From: Candidatus Levyibacteriota bacterium
Lineage (GTDB): Bacteria > Patescibacteriota > Microgenomatia > Levybacterales > UBA12049
Assembly (NCBI GenBank): GCA_016182185.1
Contig: JACOXU010000003.1
Location: 57,974 to 121,973 of the forward strand
DNA: 64,000 bases
Direction of reading: 5' to 3'
How positions within the stretch are numbered: the first letter of the stretch is position 1; every line of letters begins with the position of its first letter. Under the pieces are notes generated by a model. The model ran no database searches and was not told the DNA's origin. It saw only the letters and a list, made by a program, of their open reading frames with translations. A program made the translations under genes and the position numbers. This document shows positions 9,147 through 18,049 of this stretch, one piece after another.

Positions 9147-10000
9147 GCTGTTCTTGCCTGAAGACTAAGAAGTGTAAGATTATTTGTTATCAAGCCGTCT
9201 GCACCGTTTCCCAAAACTCTAAGCGCTTGCCTTGCTGTCTTTACCACATAGACAAAAACTGTTCCTCCTGCTTCATGAAAACGACTAATATTCTCTTCCG
9301 ATGCAACTTCTGCGTCAAGAGAAATTCCAAATGGACCGTCGGGAAACCCGTCATGAACGAAAAAGGTATCTATGTTTCTCTCGTTTTGAATAGTATAAAA
9401 AAGATTTGAAGCGTCTCCTCCCTGCTTTTCTCTAACTTGCCCCAATGCCGACCATGCCTCGCCACTAAAAACCGCATCGGAGATTTGATTTTCTTCAAGA
9501 ATATCAAGCACCGGCCCTGGCGAATCAGTGTCCTTAAAATCAATAAGCACTTTATAACCATCTTTTTTAATTTCCTGAATCACTGTGGAAAGCTTGCGGC
9601 TCGGTCTTGAAAGAGTAATAGAGCCCTGGGAGCGATCCAATCCAACCCCTGCAAAATATTCTTCATGCCCTACATAGACTTTGCCACGATAGGTATAAGC
9701 ATCAGTTTCAATAAAATTACAGCCGGTTCGCTTAAATTGTCTGTAAAAAGGTCTTAAGTTTCCTCCGTTGTGAGCAACTGTCTCGAATCCTTCGTATTTG
9801 CTAAGTTCGTCAAAAGTTATTTGGTCAATTCTCTCGAAGGTTGGCTGTTCGGGGCTAATTGCGGGAAATCCGAAGACTTTCGCTACAAAATAAATACTAG
9901 CACCCCCCTCCGCTATTTTTACTCCCCTTCCCAGGAATACTCTTCTGGTTTCTTTTTTAGAGAATGAATTCGGAAAAAACCGAGAATTTTCCGCTCCCAT
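9143..10000 (-). CDS. glycerophosphodiester phosphodiesterase (GDPD)-like family protein
   Basis: VAHNGGN and ETDAYTYRGKVYVGHEE resemble the GDPD HR(G) and E-D motifs. C-terminal GADGLITNN is GDPD-like. Divergent. Confidence 0.45.
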   Translation of the reverse strand: MGAENSRFFPNSFSKKETRRVFLGRGVKIAEGGASIYFVAKVFGFPAISPEQPTFERIDQITFDELSKYEGFETVAHNGGNLRPFYRQFKRTGCNFIETDAYTYRGKVYVGHEEYFAGVGLDRSQGSITLSRPSRKLSTVIQEIKKDGYKVLIDFKDTDSPGPVLDILEENQISDAVFSGEAWSALGQVREKQGGDASNLFYTIQNERNIDTFFVHDGFPDGPFGISLDAEVASEENISRFHEAGGTVFVYVVKTARQALRVLGNGADGLITNNLTLLSLQARTA

Positions 10001-10021
10001 ATTTATAATAATTTCTTAAAA

Positions 10022-10294
10022 TTAGCCAACAATTGAGGCGTTTTGAAAAAGTATGCTGTACATCAACGCATCTTCCGCTTTTCTCATGATATCTTTTTCT
10101 ATATTTATTTTATCGAGAGTATTTAGTATTTTCCTTATATAAGGCTTGACCGCTTCCTTATCGATTTCGTTTCGTCGCGCAAACGCTTCTTTCAGGAACC
10201 TTTCTGCCATTCTTATCGAGCCTCTCTGGTAACCTATGGCTACGCGCTCTAAATCCATCGATAGAGAGGATAATGAGATAAAGGTTTTGTTCAT
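10022..10294 (-). CDS. hypothetical protein (possible HEPN-like partner)
   Basis: 90-aa ORF overlapping the upstream gene by 4 nt (ATGA), suggesting translational coupling. Confidence 0.4.
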   Translation of the reverse strand: MNKTFISLSSLSMDLERVAIGYQRGSIRMAERFLKEAFARRNEIDKEAVKPYIRKILNTLDKINIEKDIMRKAEDALMYSILFQNASIVG

Positions 10295-10629
10295 AAGATC
10301 TCTTCAAAAAAGTATTTCATGAGTTTTTCAAATTCTTTTCTTGTCTTTTCATTATGAATCTCATTACTTCTATTGCTATCGCTCGGACGGATATTAATGA
10401 AGGATTTAAAATCGATAACTTTTGTCTCCAAATCCAGTCCTCCACCCCATAAATCTGACTGATGAGAACCACCTTCCAATAATATTTTTTCAGAGTCAAA
10501 ATGACGATCACAGCCTGCAGAGCAAATTTTTCTTTTGATATCTATAACTGTTTTTATGTAAATTTCAAACTGCTCCTGCAATTGCTTAATCTCGTCTTTT
10601 GTGAACGGCTTATCTTTAGTTATAACCAC
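10291..10629 (-). CDS. hypothetical protein (possible minimal nucleotidyltransferase-like)
   Basis: 112-aa ORF. LLEGGSHQSDLWGGGLDLE faintly resembles the GS...D.D NTase signature. Weak. Confidence 0.4.
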   Translation of the reverse strand: MVITKDKPFTKDEIKQLQEQFEIYIKTVIDIKRKICSAGCDRHFDSEKILLEGGSHQSDLWGGGLDLETKVIDFKSFINIRPSDSNRSNEIHNEKTRKEFEKLMKYFFEEIL

Positions 10630-10676
10630 AAGACTATTATAACAAACTGTGTAAACTGCGCCAAAAGTAGAGAAAA

Positions 10677-11057
10677 TTATTTTTCTAAATATTTCTTAAG
10701 AGGGCCTAAATAATATCGCTTCCAACCATCATCTATGTCATCATGCTCATCATCTGGAACGTTCTCATGAACAAGCTCTACTTTGGTCTTTCCTTCTTTT
10801 TCAGAAAGTACAAATCTTACTATCGATGGTTCCTTCCAATCCCCGCCAAACCAATCTTGTTGCAATAATTTATTTTTTTCCACTTTGGTATTTGTACCGT
10901 GGACTTCCCCGCCCCAAAGTGAAAATTTCGTACCTACTTTATCATCCATTTTGGCAGGACCCGCTCCCCATTTGTCAATTTCTTTGGGGTCAACAAGCGC
11001 TCGCCAAACCCGCTCAACAGAAGCATTAATCAAATATTCCTGCCGAATGGTTTTCAC
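10677..11057 (-). CDS. SRPBCC superfamily protein (AHSA1/Aha1-like activator of Hsp90 ATPase domain)
   Basis: INASVERVWRALVDPKEIDKW matches the AHSA1/SRPBCC N-terminal pattern. About 126 aa. Confidence 0.75.
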   Translation of the reverse strand: MKTIRQEYLINASVERVWRALVDPKEIDKWGAGPAKMDDKVGTKFSLWGGEVHGTNTKVEKNKLLQQDWFGGDWKEPSIVRFVLSEKEGKTKVELVHENVPDDEHDDIDDGWKRYYLGPLKKYLEK

Positions 11058-11119
11058 AAGACCATTATACCACGGAGAGGAAAGAAGCCCTTTGATAACT
11101 CAGGCATTCTGTAGAAAAA

Positions 11120-11325
11120 TTACTGACTACTGATGGAAAATTTGGGATCCTTAGGGTCAAAAGCGTTTATATTTTTCGTAGCATCTAAAATCTCAATTCC
11201 CAAAACTTTTCCCTTCTTATCTTCATCCATTAAGATAGCATCGGAAATTTTCCGCGTACTCTCATATCCCCCTTTGCTAATTCAATATATACTGCGTCAA
11301 CTTTTGTATCGTATTTAAATTTCAT
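11120..11325 (-). pseudogene. DUF2283-family gene disrupted by a frameshift at a G5 homopolymer
   Basis: Reading frame 1 gives MKFKYDTKVDAVYIELAKGD... An alternative frame continues ...STRKISDAILMDEDKKGKVLGIEILDATKNINAFDP, the DUF2283 signature, to a TAA at 11120. Frame switch at GGGGG near 11255. Confidence 0.5.
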
Positions 11326-11339
11326 ATTATTATTCTATC

Positions 11340-11540
11340 ATTTTAATTCGGCAATCCGTATGTCGAATGCATGAGAGATTAAATGAGCGCATCAGGGGGA
11401 ACCCGAGAACTTCGGAGGGGGTGTTATCACCCGATAAGCGAGTTTAATCTTAAAAGCATGAGGCAAGGCTTGGCGAGAGCTTTTGCTTCTTTTCTCGGCA
11501 GAAAAGAGGAAGATTCACATGTTCCGAAAATATAACCGGC
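11340..11540 (-). pseudogene. possible decayed DUF4258-like gene remnant upstream of the DUF2283 gene
   Basis: Short broken frames MPVIFSEHVNL... and ...KIKLAYRVIT... resemble the DUF4258 N- and C-termini. Directly downstream of a TGGTATAAT promoter at 11546..11560. Low confidence. Confidence 0.3.
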
Positions 11541-11545
11541 ATGAG

Positions 11546-11560
11546 GAAATTATACCACGC
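11546..11560 (-). promoter_or_regulatory. extended -10 promoter GCGTGGTATAATTTC (copy 1 of 3)
   Basis: The 15-mer GAAATTATACCACGC (plus strand) recurs at 12194..12209 and 12693..12707, each just upstream of a minus-strand gene start. TGnTATAAT consensus. Confidence 0.55.
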
Positions 11561-11574
11561 CCAAATTTCGAATA

Positions 11575-12144
11575 TTATGGTTCTTCGTGATATTTATCTC
11601 TGAAATCTTGTTTTGCCTTTTCGACTGCTTTTCTTTGCTCTGAAGATGTTGCAGGAAAAATTCCGTCTCTCCTATTTTCATGGAGGAATTCCCTTGCTAA
11701 TGCCTTTGCATTGGCGGGATCAAATATTCCACTTGATTCGGCATTATCAATTTTCAAGAAATCAGCAAGCGCTTTATACGGCAGACTACCTGTTCCCCAA
11801 ACTGATGTTTCCCTAAATATTCCTCCCAATATTTCCTGCACTCCAAGCGGCATACCAGAATATACAAGCAATGCTTGAAATCTACCATTCAAAACATCCG
11901 TCAACTCAGAACCCTCCCTTCTCGCCATTGAAGCTAAGGCTTTTACCACCCTGCTAATATCGCTTGTATCTGGATCAGGGACTGGCAACCCTAAGGCATC
12001 CGATAACTGATCCACATCTACATCAGTCGCTCTCCCCTCGGAAAACGCAGTGGATGGTATCAACTTAAAAAGAGATCTAAGCTCTCCTTGAAGTTCCTGC
12101 GGGGTTGCTCGGGAATAATCTTTCTCGCCTTCGTGCTGCTGCAT
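11575..12144 (-). CDS. hypothetical protein
   Basis: 189-aa ORF. TGGTATAAT promoter about 55 nt upstream. Confidence 0.5.
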   Translation of the reverse strand: MQQHEGEKDYSRATPQELQGELRSLFKLIPSTAFSEGRATDVDVDQLSDALGLPVPDPDTSDISRVVKALASMARREGSELTDVLNGRFQALLVYSGMPLGVQEILGGIFRETSVWGTGSLPYKALADFLKIDNAESSGIFDPANAKALAREFLHENRRDGIFPATSSEQRKAVEKAKQDFRDKYHEEP

Positions 12145-12193
12145 ATTGAGGCTTGTATTTTAAAACTATTCTGCTTTAATTGCAAATGGCGAG

Positions 12194-12209
12194 GGAATTA
12201 TACCACGCC
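12194..12209 (-). promoter_or_regulatory. extended -10 promoter (copy 2), overlapping the stop codon of the upstream kinase gene
   Basis: GGCGTGGTATAATTCC on the minus strand. The TAA stop of 12198..12737 lies inside the TATAAT. Confidence 0.5.
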
Positions 12210-12737
12210 CTTTATTCTGTCTGCTGTCTCCTCCAGCGTTAATTCCGTACTGTCAATCTTCTCATCAAATTCCTTCAGCTTACCTTGCTCCATATGAAGA
12301 ATTTTTACCCTTTCTTCTTCAAGAGTAAAATCTCTCGACTTATTTCTTTTTAAAGTTTCTTCAAGCGTTGGCAGAAGCAAAACTATTTTTGGATTAAATT
12401 GTGAAAGACTTTCTTTGTATATTCTTGCTATCTCATCTGTTATAACATCAAGAATAATTACATCAAACCCTTCAGCGATAAAATTTTTTGTCAAAATACA
12501 AGCATTTCTTATTCCCAAAGCAACTTGTTTTTGTCCTTCTTCACCGTCCCACGGAGCTCGATGAGGCTTTGTAATCATATGACGGACAGTATCGACGTCA
12601 ACTATCGCACACTTTTTTCTTTCCGATGACAATATTTTAGAAACTGTATTTTTCCCTGCTCCGGCAGGTCCAGTAAGAATCAACAACATAAAGAAATTAT
12701 ACCACGCTGCTTTATACTGAGCGAAACCGAAGTACAA
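12198..12737 (-). CDS. P-loop NTPase / small-molecule kinase-like protein (AAA_33 or zeta-toxin-like fold)
   Basis: Walker A LILTGPAGAGKNT. The likely true start is MLLILTG at 12689, only 7 nt after the TATAAT (leaderless). Confidence 0.6.
   Translation of the reverse strand: MYFGFAQYKAAWYNFFMLLILTGPAGAGKNTVSKILSSERKKCAIVDVDTVRHMITKPHRAPWDGEEGQKQVALGIRNACILTKNFIAEGFDVIILDVITDEIARIYKESLSQFNPKIVLLLPTLEETLKRNKSRDFTLEEERVKILHMEQGKLKEFDEKIDSTELTLEETADRIKGVV
12693..12707 (-). promoter_or_regulatory. extended -10 promoter (copy 3), immediately upstream of the kinase-like gene start
   Basis: GCGTGGTATAATTTC followed by the ATG at the position expected for a transcription start. Confidence 0.45.
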
Positions 12738-12754
12738 AAGAAGCAGAGAATTAC

Positions 12755-13498
12755 CTACCTGCCCTGCTTTCTTTTCTCTATTGCACGCATTAACTGTTTA
12801 AATTCAATCGAAGGCTTCTTTTTACTCCATGGCATTTTTTTATCAAGCACCAAAGGTAGACTAAATATACCCCTTATTCCCCTAAGACGCGATTTAATGT
12901 CTTTGGATGACTCTCCTAGATAACTCTTATAAAATTTTAACTTCTCTCTTGCCTTATTTATTAATAAGTCCAAATTTTTTACTATATATTTATTCTTTAA
13001 AAATCCCTGTTTGGGTCGTATAAATTTTCCCTTTACAAATTCAACATATAATGAATTATTTCTAGCCCTCAATAATTCTTTACTCTCTTCGTCGGAAATT
13101 TTAAACATGTTAGTAATTTGTTCTAAATTAAACTCTTTAAAAGTTGTTAAACCATGGGATAGCTTTCGTGAATGCCTGACATAATTATTCTCAAACATTT
13201 TCCTTTTTCTTCGTCGAGAGTTAAAATTTATTTCAATTAATGTTGCTTCTGTATGCAAGAAGTCAATCTTACTAAGTTCTTCAATTGCAGTAGCAACATA
13301 AATTACGGATCTCTCCCTTTTACCTTTTTTTATTAAAAAATCGCATATATCCAGAAGCTCTTCAACGTTTTTCATTAGTTTTTTAATTGCGCGAGCACAA
13401 TCCAGCATGGATAGTCCCTCAAAAACTGGAAGTTGAAGAAATTTCTCGTCTGATTTATCAGTTATTATTTTAAGTCCTTTTTTTCTGTATACTCTCAT
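12755..13498 (-). CDS. hypothetical protein
   Basis: 247-aa Lys-rich ORF. TTGATT-17-CATAAT promoter at 13500-13545 with a short leader. Confidence 0.5.
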   Translation of the reverse strand: MRVYRKKGLKIITDKSDEKFLQLPVFEGLSMLDCARAIKKLMKNVEELLDICDFLIKKGKRERSVIYVATAIEELSKIDFLHTEATLIEINFNSRRRKRKMFENNYVRHSRKLSHGLTTFKEFNLEQITNMFKISDEESKELLRARNNSLYVEFVKGKFIRPKQGFLKNKYIVKNLDLLINKAREKLKFYKSYLGESSKDIKSRLRGIRGIFSLPLVLDKKMPWSKKKPSIEFKQLMRAIEKRKQGR

Positions 13499-13553
13499 CT
13501 CTGATGAGGGAAATTATGCGCTGGTTGGGGTGGAAAATCAAGCAGTTCTTGTT

Positions 13554-13928
13554 TTATTTGAAATATTTCTGAAGACCATCAGGAATCACTATCGCACCGC
13601 CCAAGATTGATCGCTCTCTGTCGTCGTACGGTTTGGGCTGAAAAATTACAGCATTAGCACCAACCTCTTCAAGTGTTCCAACAATATCTATTCCCATTTC
13701 ATGCATGAAGCTGGTAAATGACCGCAAATCAAATGGTTTTTCTTCTGTTATCTCAACCCTTATTGCATGTGGCTTCTTTCCTTCTGTCTGCCACCGATGA
13801 ATCCCTTCCAAAGCAATTGCAACAGCATTTTTTTCACGATCACCTAGATTTTCAAATGTTTCCAGTTGCTCGGAGCTTACAATTCCAAAATTCCTTCCTG
13901 CTTCCATAATAAGGTAGAAATATACCAA
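13554..13928 (-). CDS. hypothetical protein
   Basis: 124-aa ORF. The upstream region has the same TTGATTTTCCACC motif as the preceding gene. Confidence 0.45.
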   Translation of the reverse strand: MVYFYLIMEAGRNFGIVSSEQLETFENLGDREKNAVAIALEGIHRWQTEGKKPHAIRVEITEEKPFDLRSFTSFMHEMGIDIVGTLEEVGANAVIFQPKPYDDRERSILGGAIVIPDGLQKYFK

Positions 13929-13979
13929 AAATCAAAATTAAAATCAAGGGTTAGGGTGGAAAATCAAGCAGAATTAATT

Positions 13980-14237
13980 TTATCCATAAAGATTGCTGTG
14001 TTTATCAAGCACAATAAACAATACCGAATCTTTTTCTCTTCTAAATATTGCCCGTAAGTCTCCTGAAATATTTATACTCCTAAAACCCTTATATTCTCCG
14101 GTTAAGGCGTGATTATTGAGAATCGGACTAAATTCATCTTGTAGGAACAGGTTTCTTCTTTCTTTGAATTTTTTCTTTTGAGATTTAGTTAGTTTATTAT
14201 AGTCTTTGACAAACTTTCTGTGAGCGCGGATAGTCAT
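13980..14237 (-). CDS. yafQ: type II toxin-antitoxin system toxin, YafQ/RelE family mRNA interferase
   Basis: LNNHALTGEYKGFRSINISGDLRAIFRREKDSVLFIVLDKHSNLY is the canonical YafQ pattern. 85 aa. Confidence 0.75.
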   Translation of the reverse strand: MTIRAHRKFVKDYNKLTKSQKKKFKERRNLFLQDEFSPILNNHALTGEYKGFRSINISGDLRAIFRREKDSVLFIVLDKHSNLYG

Positions 14238-14620
14238 TGTGAGTCGAGGAATTTATCCATTTCTTCAGGAGTCTCAAACGGTCCGAAAATATTGCGATTG
14301 TGCTTTATGTCTTCCTCAACTTTTGCAATTATTTTTTCAAGCTCGGGAGTCATACGGGGAGTATGAGAAAAAATAACCTCTCTAGTTCTTATGAAATTTC
14401 GAAGAGATGCATTAATAACATCACTAAGGGTAAGTCCGAGCTCTTTAGCTGCCTTTTGAGCATTTTCCTTTACTTCTTTATCTGATTTTATATGAATAAC
14501 AGTCTGCATAATATCTAAAGTATATACACTGGATACACAATTGTCAATAACAAAAACGTGAAAAAGTTGATAAAAGCAATGTATTATAATAGTAGCATGA
14601 AAGTTGCGATTGTTGTGCAT
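14234..14620 (-). CDS. dinJ: type II antitoxin, DinJ/RelB family (RHH); the true start is probably the internal Met (MQTVIHIKSDKEV...)
   Basis: MQTVIHIKSDKEVKENAQKAAKELGLTLSDVINASLRNFI matches the DinJ N-terminal ribbon-helix-helix. ATGA overlap with the toxin gene. Confidence 0.65.
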   Translation of the reverse strand: MHNNRNFHATIIIHCFYQLFHVFVIDNCVSSVYTLDIMQTVIHIKSDKEVKENAQKAAKELGLTLSDVINASLRNFIRTREVIFSHTPRMTPELEKIIAKVEEDIKHNRNIFGPFETPEEMDKFLDSQ

Positions 14621-14824
14621 CCCAATTCGAAAAAACCAAGAATTGAAAAAGATCTCTTAGATACTCTTCATGTTTATGTAAATCAACCTCCTCTTGAAGG
14701 ACGGGCAAACAAAGCAGTAGCTGAATCACTGGCGGAATATTTTAAAGTAAAAAGAAATTGCGTAAAGCTTCTGTCAGGAGAAAAATCAAAAAATAAACTT
14801 TTTGATATTAAAAAAAATCAATAA
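14558..14824 (+). CDS. DUF167 (YggU/UPF0235) family protein
   Basis: VAIVVHPNSKK...LHVYVNQPPLEGRANKAVAESLAEYFKV...VKLLSGEKSKNK fits the DUF167 consensus. The start is probably MKVAIV at about 14597. Confidence 0.7.
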   Translation: MKKLIKAMYYNSSMKVAIVVHPNSKKPRIEKDLLDTLHVYVNQPPLEGRANKAVAESLAEYFKVKRNCVKLLSGEKSKNKLFDIKKNQ

Positions 14825-14827
14825 GAT

Positions 14828-16549
14828 TTACCCAAATGTGAACGCGTAAACTTCGGTATTCCCGTCTTCAAATTCAATCCTTAAATTGTGGCGTCCGGGA
14901 GTCGGTAAATTTATAAGTTTGTACAGTCTGTCAGAATCAACATTCACTACCCCATTGCGATTATCCTCACCAAAATCTTTTACTTCCCCATCGAGATAAA
15001 CTTTAAAACGTGAGGCTTTGCTTTTCGGCCGGGCTACCAGAAAAACTTCTTTTGATTCAAAATTCAGATATAATTTGGAATCTTTGGCAGGGTTCGCATA
15101 TTCTGACATAATATTCCACTCTCCATCGAAGGCGAAATAATTATTTTGTAAAATTTGAGGTGCTGTATAAATACCTTTTGCATCTTCATATATTTGTTCG
15201 GGTGAAGCAAAATTTTGAATTCGTAAATAACCCAAATAAGTCTCCGGAGTTTTTGAATATACTTCGTATTTCGGATTTGAAACAGATTCGCTGGAAACAG
15301 CAGAACCGGTTTCCGACAGAAGCCGAAGAATTACTTTTTCGCTTTCATCATATGCGCCTTCTCCAAAATGGGTGAAGCGGATTAGTCCGTCCTTATCAAT
15401 AAAATATTTTGCCGGCCAGTAGCGGTTGTTGTATGCTTGCCAAGTGGCAAAATCATTATCCTGGACAATCGGATAGACAAGTCCAAAGTCAGAAATTGCC
15501 TGCGCCAGATTATCCTCATTTTTTTCAAATTCGAATTCAGGCGAATGAACACCTATAATAACCAACCCCTTATCTTTGTATTTTCCCCACCAGCTTCGAA
15601 GATAAGGAAATGTACGCTGACAATTTATGCAGGAATAGGTCCAAAAATCAATCACGACTACTTTTCCTCGAAGCTCTGAAAGCCTAAGCGGTTTGCTGTT
15701 GAACCAGATTCCTCCGGGAATAATTTCAGGTGCAACTGGACCCTTAGGCAGTGTAAGCTCTGACATCGGCTTTCCGATCTTATTTTCTTCAATTGGTTTT
15801 TGATTTATTTTCCTGAGTAATTGTTTAACCGTCTGATTGTCTTCAAATTTAGTCAGTCCTACGCCATAATTTGGGAATGTATTTAAAATAAAAGTCTGAA
15901 ATTTTCTGTCAAGATTTAAGAAAATTCCAACCGCAGTAATGACCATGACGACACCGAAAGCCTTCTGAATCCTTGCAGAATTTGCCACGAGCCATGGAAC
16001 ACGTTTTAATATATTCTGACCGCCGATCATAATGATAAACATCGGAATAGAAGTTCCAAGAGAATAAGAAAAAGTGATTATAAATGTCTGAAGCGTAACA
16101 GTGCCGGTAATTGCCAGGGATATAATTGATGCGAGTATTGGCCCGACACACGGAGTCCAAAGCAGCCCCAAAGACAATCCAATAATTAAGCCTCCGAAGA
16201 ATCCATGCTTGGTCTGTCCATTCGGAGCAAAGCGGCTTAACTTACTAAACACTTGTTCCATCCATACTTGGATTCTCGGAACAAATAAACTTAAGCCGAA
16301 TATAATCAAAATAAAGACTGAAGTGAAACGCAAGGATTCGGCAGGAATACCGCTTAGTCTTACAATTATTGAAAGGAATAAGGTGAAAAAGGTAAAGCTT
16401 AAGACAAACCCTACGACCACGCCAAGCGGTCTTCTTTTTCCTGTGGTATCGACAGAAGAAGACAGAATGATCGGCAAAAGCGGTAATATACAAGGGGAAA
16501 GTATTGTTACGATCCCCGCCAAAAATGCAAATGCGACAAGTAAAATCAT
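14828..16549 (-). CDS. cytochrome c biogenesis / thiol-disulfide transporter CcdA(DsbD)-family membrane domain fused to a thioredoxin-like domain (DipZ-like)
   Basis: N-terminal ILSPCILPLLP CcdA motif and multiple TM helices. A thioredoxin-fold CxxC motif (WTYSCINCQRTFP...GVHSPEF). C-terminal extra domain. Confidence 0.8.
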   Translation of the reverse strand: MILLVAFAFLAGIVTILSPCILPLLPIILSSSVDTTGKRRPLGVVVGFVLSFTFFTLFLSIIVRLSGIPAESLRFTSVFILIIFGLSLFVPRIQVWMEQVFSKLSRFAPNGQTKHGFFGGLIIGLSLGLLWTPCVGPILASIISLAITGTVTLQTFIITFSYSLGTSIPMFIIMIGGQNILKRVPWLVANSARIQKAFGVVMVITAVGIFLNLDRKFQTFILNTFPNYGVGLTKFEDNQTVKQLLRKINQKPIEENKIGKPMSELTLPKGPVAPEIIPGGIWFNSKPLRLSELRGKVVVIDFWTYSCINCQRTFPYLRSWWGKYKDKGLVIIGVHSPEFEFEKNEDNLAQAISDFGLVYPIVQDNDFATWQAYNNRYWPAKYFIDKDGLIRFTHFGEGAYDESEKVILRLLSETGSAVSSESVSNPKYEVYSKTPETYLGYLRIQNFASPEQIYEDAKGIYTAPQILQNNYFAFDGEWNIMSEYANPAKDSKLYLNFESKEVFLVARPKSKASRFKVYLDGEVKDFGEDNRNGVVNVDSDRLYKLINLPTPGRHNLRIEFEDGNTEVYAFTFG

Positions 16550-16552
16550 AAC

Positions 16553-17062
16553 TTACTTAATATTTGTCAATAATTCATCTATTTGTCCGCCGTTCCATTT
16601 AACAATTTCTTTTCCGAAACTGTCTATCTGGACAAATGTATGCTGGTAAGTAATTTCGTACTTTTTTGCTAAATCTTTTTCCTCTTGATCTGTGTCCGTA
16701 TCATTATAGTTGACTCGAATCAGTGTCACGTCTTCGGGTATTTTACTTGCGTTTTGCTTAAAACTCGCATCTGCGGGTCTGCAGGTCGGGCACCAGTTTG
16801 CATAAAAGTACAAGACTCTTCTCGTGCTCACCGTTCCATCTAAAACTGCCTTTGAATACTCAACATATCGGGAACTGTCTTTGCCTCTTATCATTACGTC
16901 TTCATCCTGACTGGAGATCTCCTCCTTTGTCATGGAATCTTGGCTTCCATCTTTCATCATTGAATCTTGTTGAGATACCGATTTTTGAGAAAGACTGTAT
17001 GCGCCAAATCCCACTAATGCAAGAATTAGAACGACTATAAAAATTATAATTGGGTTTTTCAT
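16553..17062 (-). CDS. thioredoxin-like (TlpA/thioredoxin family) protein with N-terminal membrane anchor
   Basis: YFYANWCPTCRP WCxxC active site. Adjacent to the DsbD-like gene. Confidence 0.75.
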   Translation of the reverse strand: MKNPIIIFIVVLILALVGFGAYSLSQKSVSQQDSMMKDGSQDSMTKEEISSQDEDVMIRGKDSSRYVEYSKAVLDGTVSTRRVLYFYANWCPTCRPADASFKQNASKIPEDVTLIRVNYNDTDTDQEEKDLAKKYEITYQHTFVQIDSFGKEIVKWNGGQIDELLTNIK

Positions 17063-17118
17063 TCATTCACCTCCTCTAATTTAGAGTAATCTAAAAAAAT
17101 ATAAATGTCAAGTAGACT

Positions 17119-17472
17119 TTACATTTTGAAGTAGGAATAGATTCTTGAAAGAAGCTTTGAGGTAATCATAGCGCAGAGCGCAATTATAAGCCACGGATCA
17201 ATATTATGCACAAGCGCTTGAAAAACTATACCAAGAATCAGTGCTCCCACACCCACTAAATATGAGATTCTTCCTGCAGTAAGAATATGGATTGATTCTC
17301 TCTCATCCTTGGATTTTTCTCTAAAAATATATGCCGAAAAAATCAAAAAAGCTACAATAATTCCTACTATAAGCGTGGATTGCACAGTCATAGGCATGCT
17401 TAAACTTTTATTGTTTAAGAAAAAAATGGCTATACTTAAAATAAAAACAGAGCTGATTGTTTCAATGACCAT
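17119..17472 (-). CDS. small integral membrane protein (DUF2178-like partner of the HTH regulator)
   Basis: 117 aa with 3-4 predicted TM helices. Starts 1 nt after the stop of the XRE gene. Confidence 0.5.
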   Translation of the reverse strand: MVIETISSVFILSIAIFFLNNKSLSMPMTVQSTLIVGIIVAFLIFSAYIFREKSKDERESIHILTAGRISYLVGVGALILGIVFQALVHNIDPWLIIALCAMITSKLLSRIYSYFKM

Positions 17473-17473
17473 A

Positions 17474-17680
17474 TTAATTTATTATGTTAAAAATTTTCTC
17501 AACCGGCATATGAAAATATTTGGCAATCTTAAGCGCGAGCAGAACCGAAGGCGTATAATTCCCCTTCTCTATTGCAATTATGGTCTGGCGCGTCACACCG
17601 ATCTTAAAGGCAAGTTGTTCTTGAGTCATGTTATTTTTAACCCTTATACTCTGTAATTCATTTACAACTTTATCTGCCAT
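17474..17680 (-). CDS. XRE-family helix-turn-helix transcriptional regulator
   Basis: [39 protein letters not shown] is the classic Cro/C1 HTH. Confidence 0.8.
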   Translation of the reverse strand: MADKVVNELQSIRVKNNMTQEQLAFKIGVTRQTIIAIEKGNYTPSVLLALKIAKYFHMPVEKIFNIIN

Positions 17681-17722
17681 ACTTAAAATGTAAAGGGTAG
17701 TTTACAGAATAATTATAGCAGA

Positions 17723-18049
17723 TTATTTTCCTTTGATTTTCTTAATATCTGAGTGGAGTTGTTTTTTTATCTCTTCAGCTGCTTCGATAATTTTATCTTC
17801 TATCTTATCTGTCTTTTCATTTAAATGTTCCCATACTTTGTCATGATTTCCCTCAGCAAGAAGCCTTAAAAATATCTCTTTATCCTCGTCTGACAGGTGA
17901 GAAAGTATAGCATCAACTACTGTATGATGAATGCTTTGATGAGCAAGATCAAGAAGCTCTTTTTTCTCCTCTTTGGATAAGATAAGCGTATCAAGTTCAG
18001 TTTCTAATATATCCAACGTTATTAAATGACTATAAAAATATTTTTTCAT
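17723..18049 (-). CDS. hypothetical protein
   Basis: 108-aa acidic, helical ORF. Confidence 0.45.
   Translation of the reverse strand: MKKYFYSHLITLDILETELDTLILSKEEKKELLDLAHQSIHHTVVDAILSHLSDEDKEIFLRLLAEGNHDKVWEHLNEKTDKIEDKIIEAAEEIKKQLHSDIKKIKGK

Noticed and set aside
15909-16649. ORFs 15909..16160 (-), 16101..16649 (+), 16245..16493 (-) and 15160..15679 (+) within the DsbD-like gene
   Set aside because: They overlap a strongly supported CcdA/thioredoxin fusion gene in other frames or strands. No motifs.
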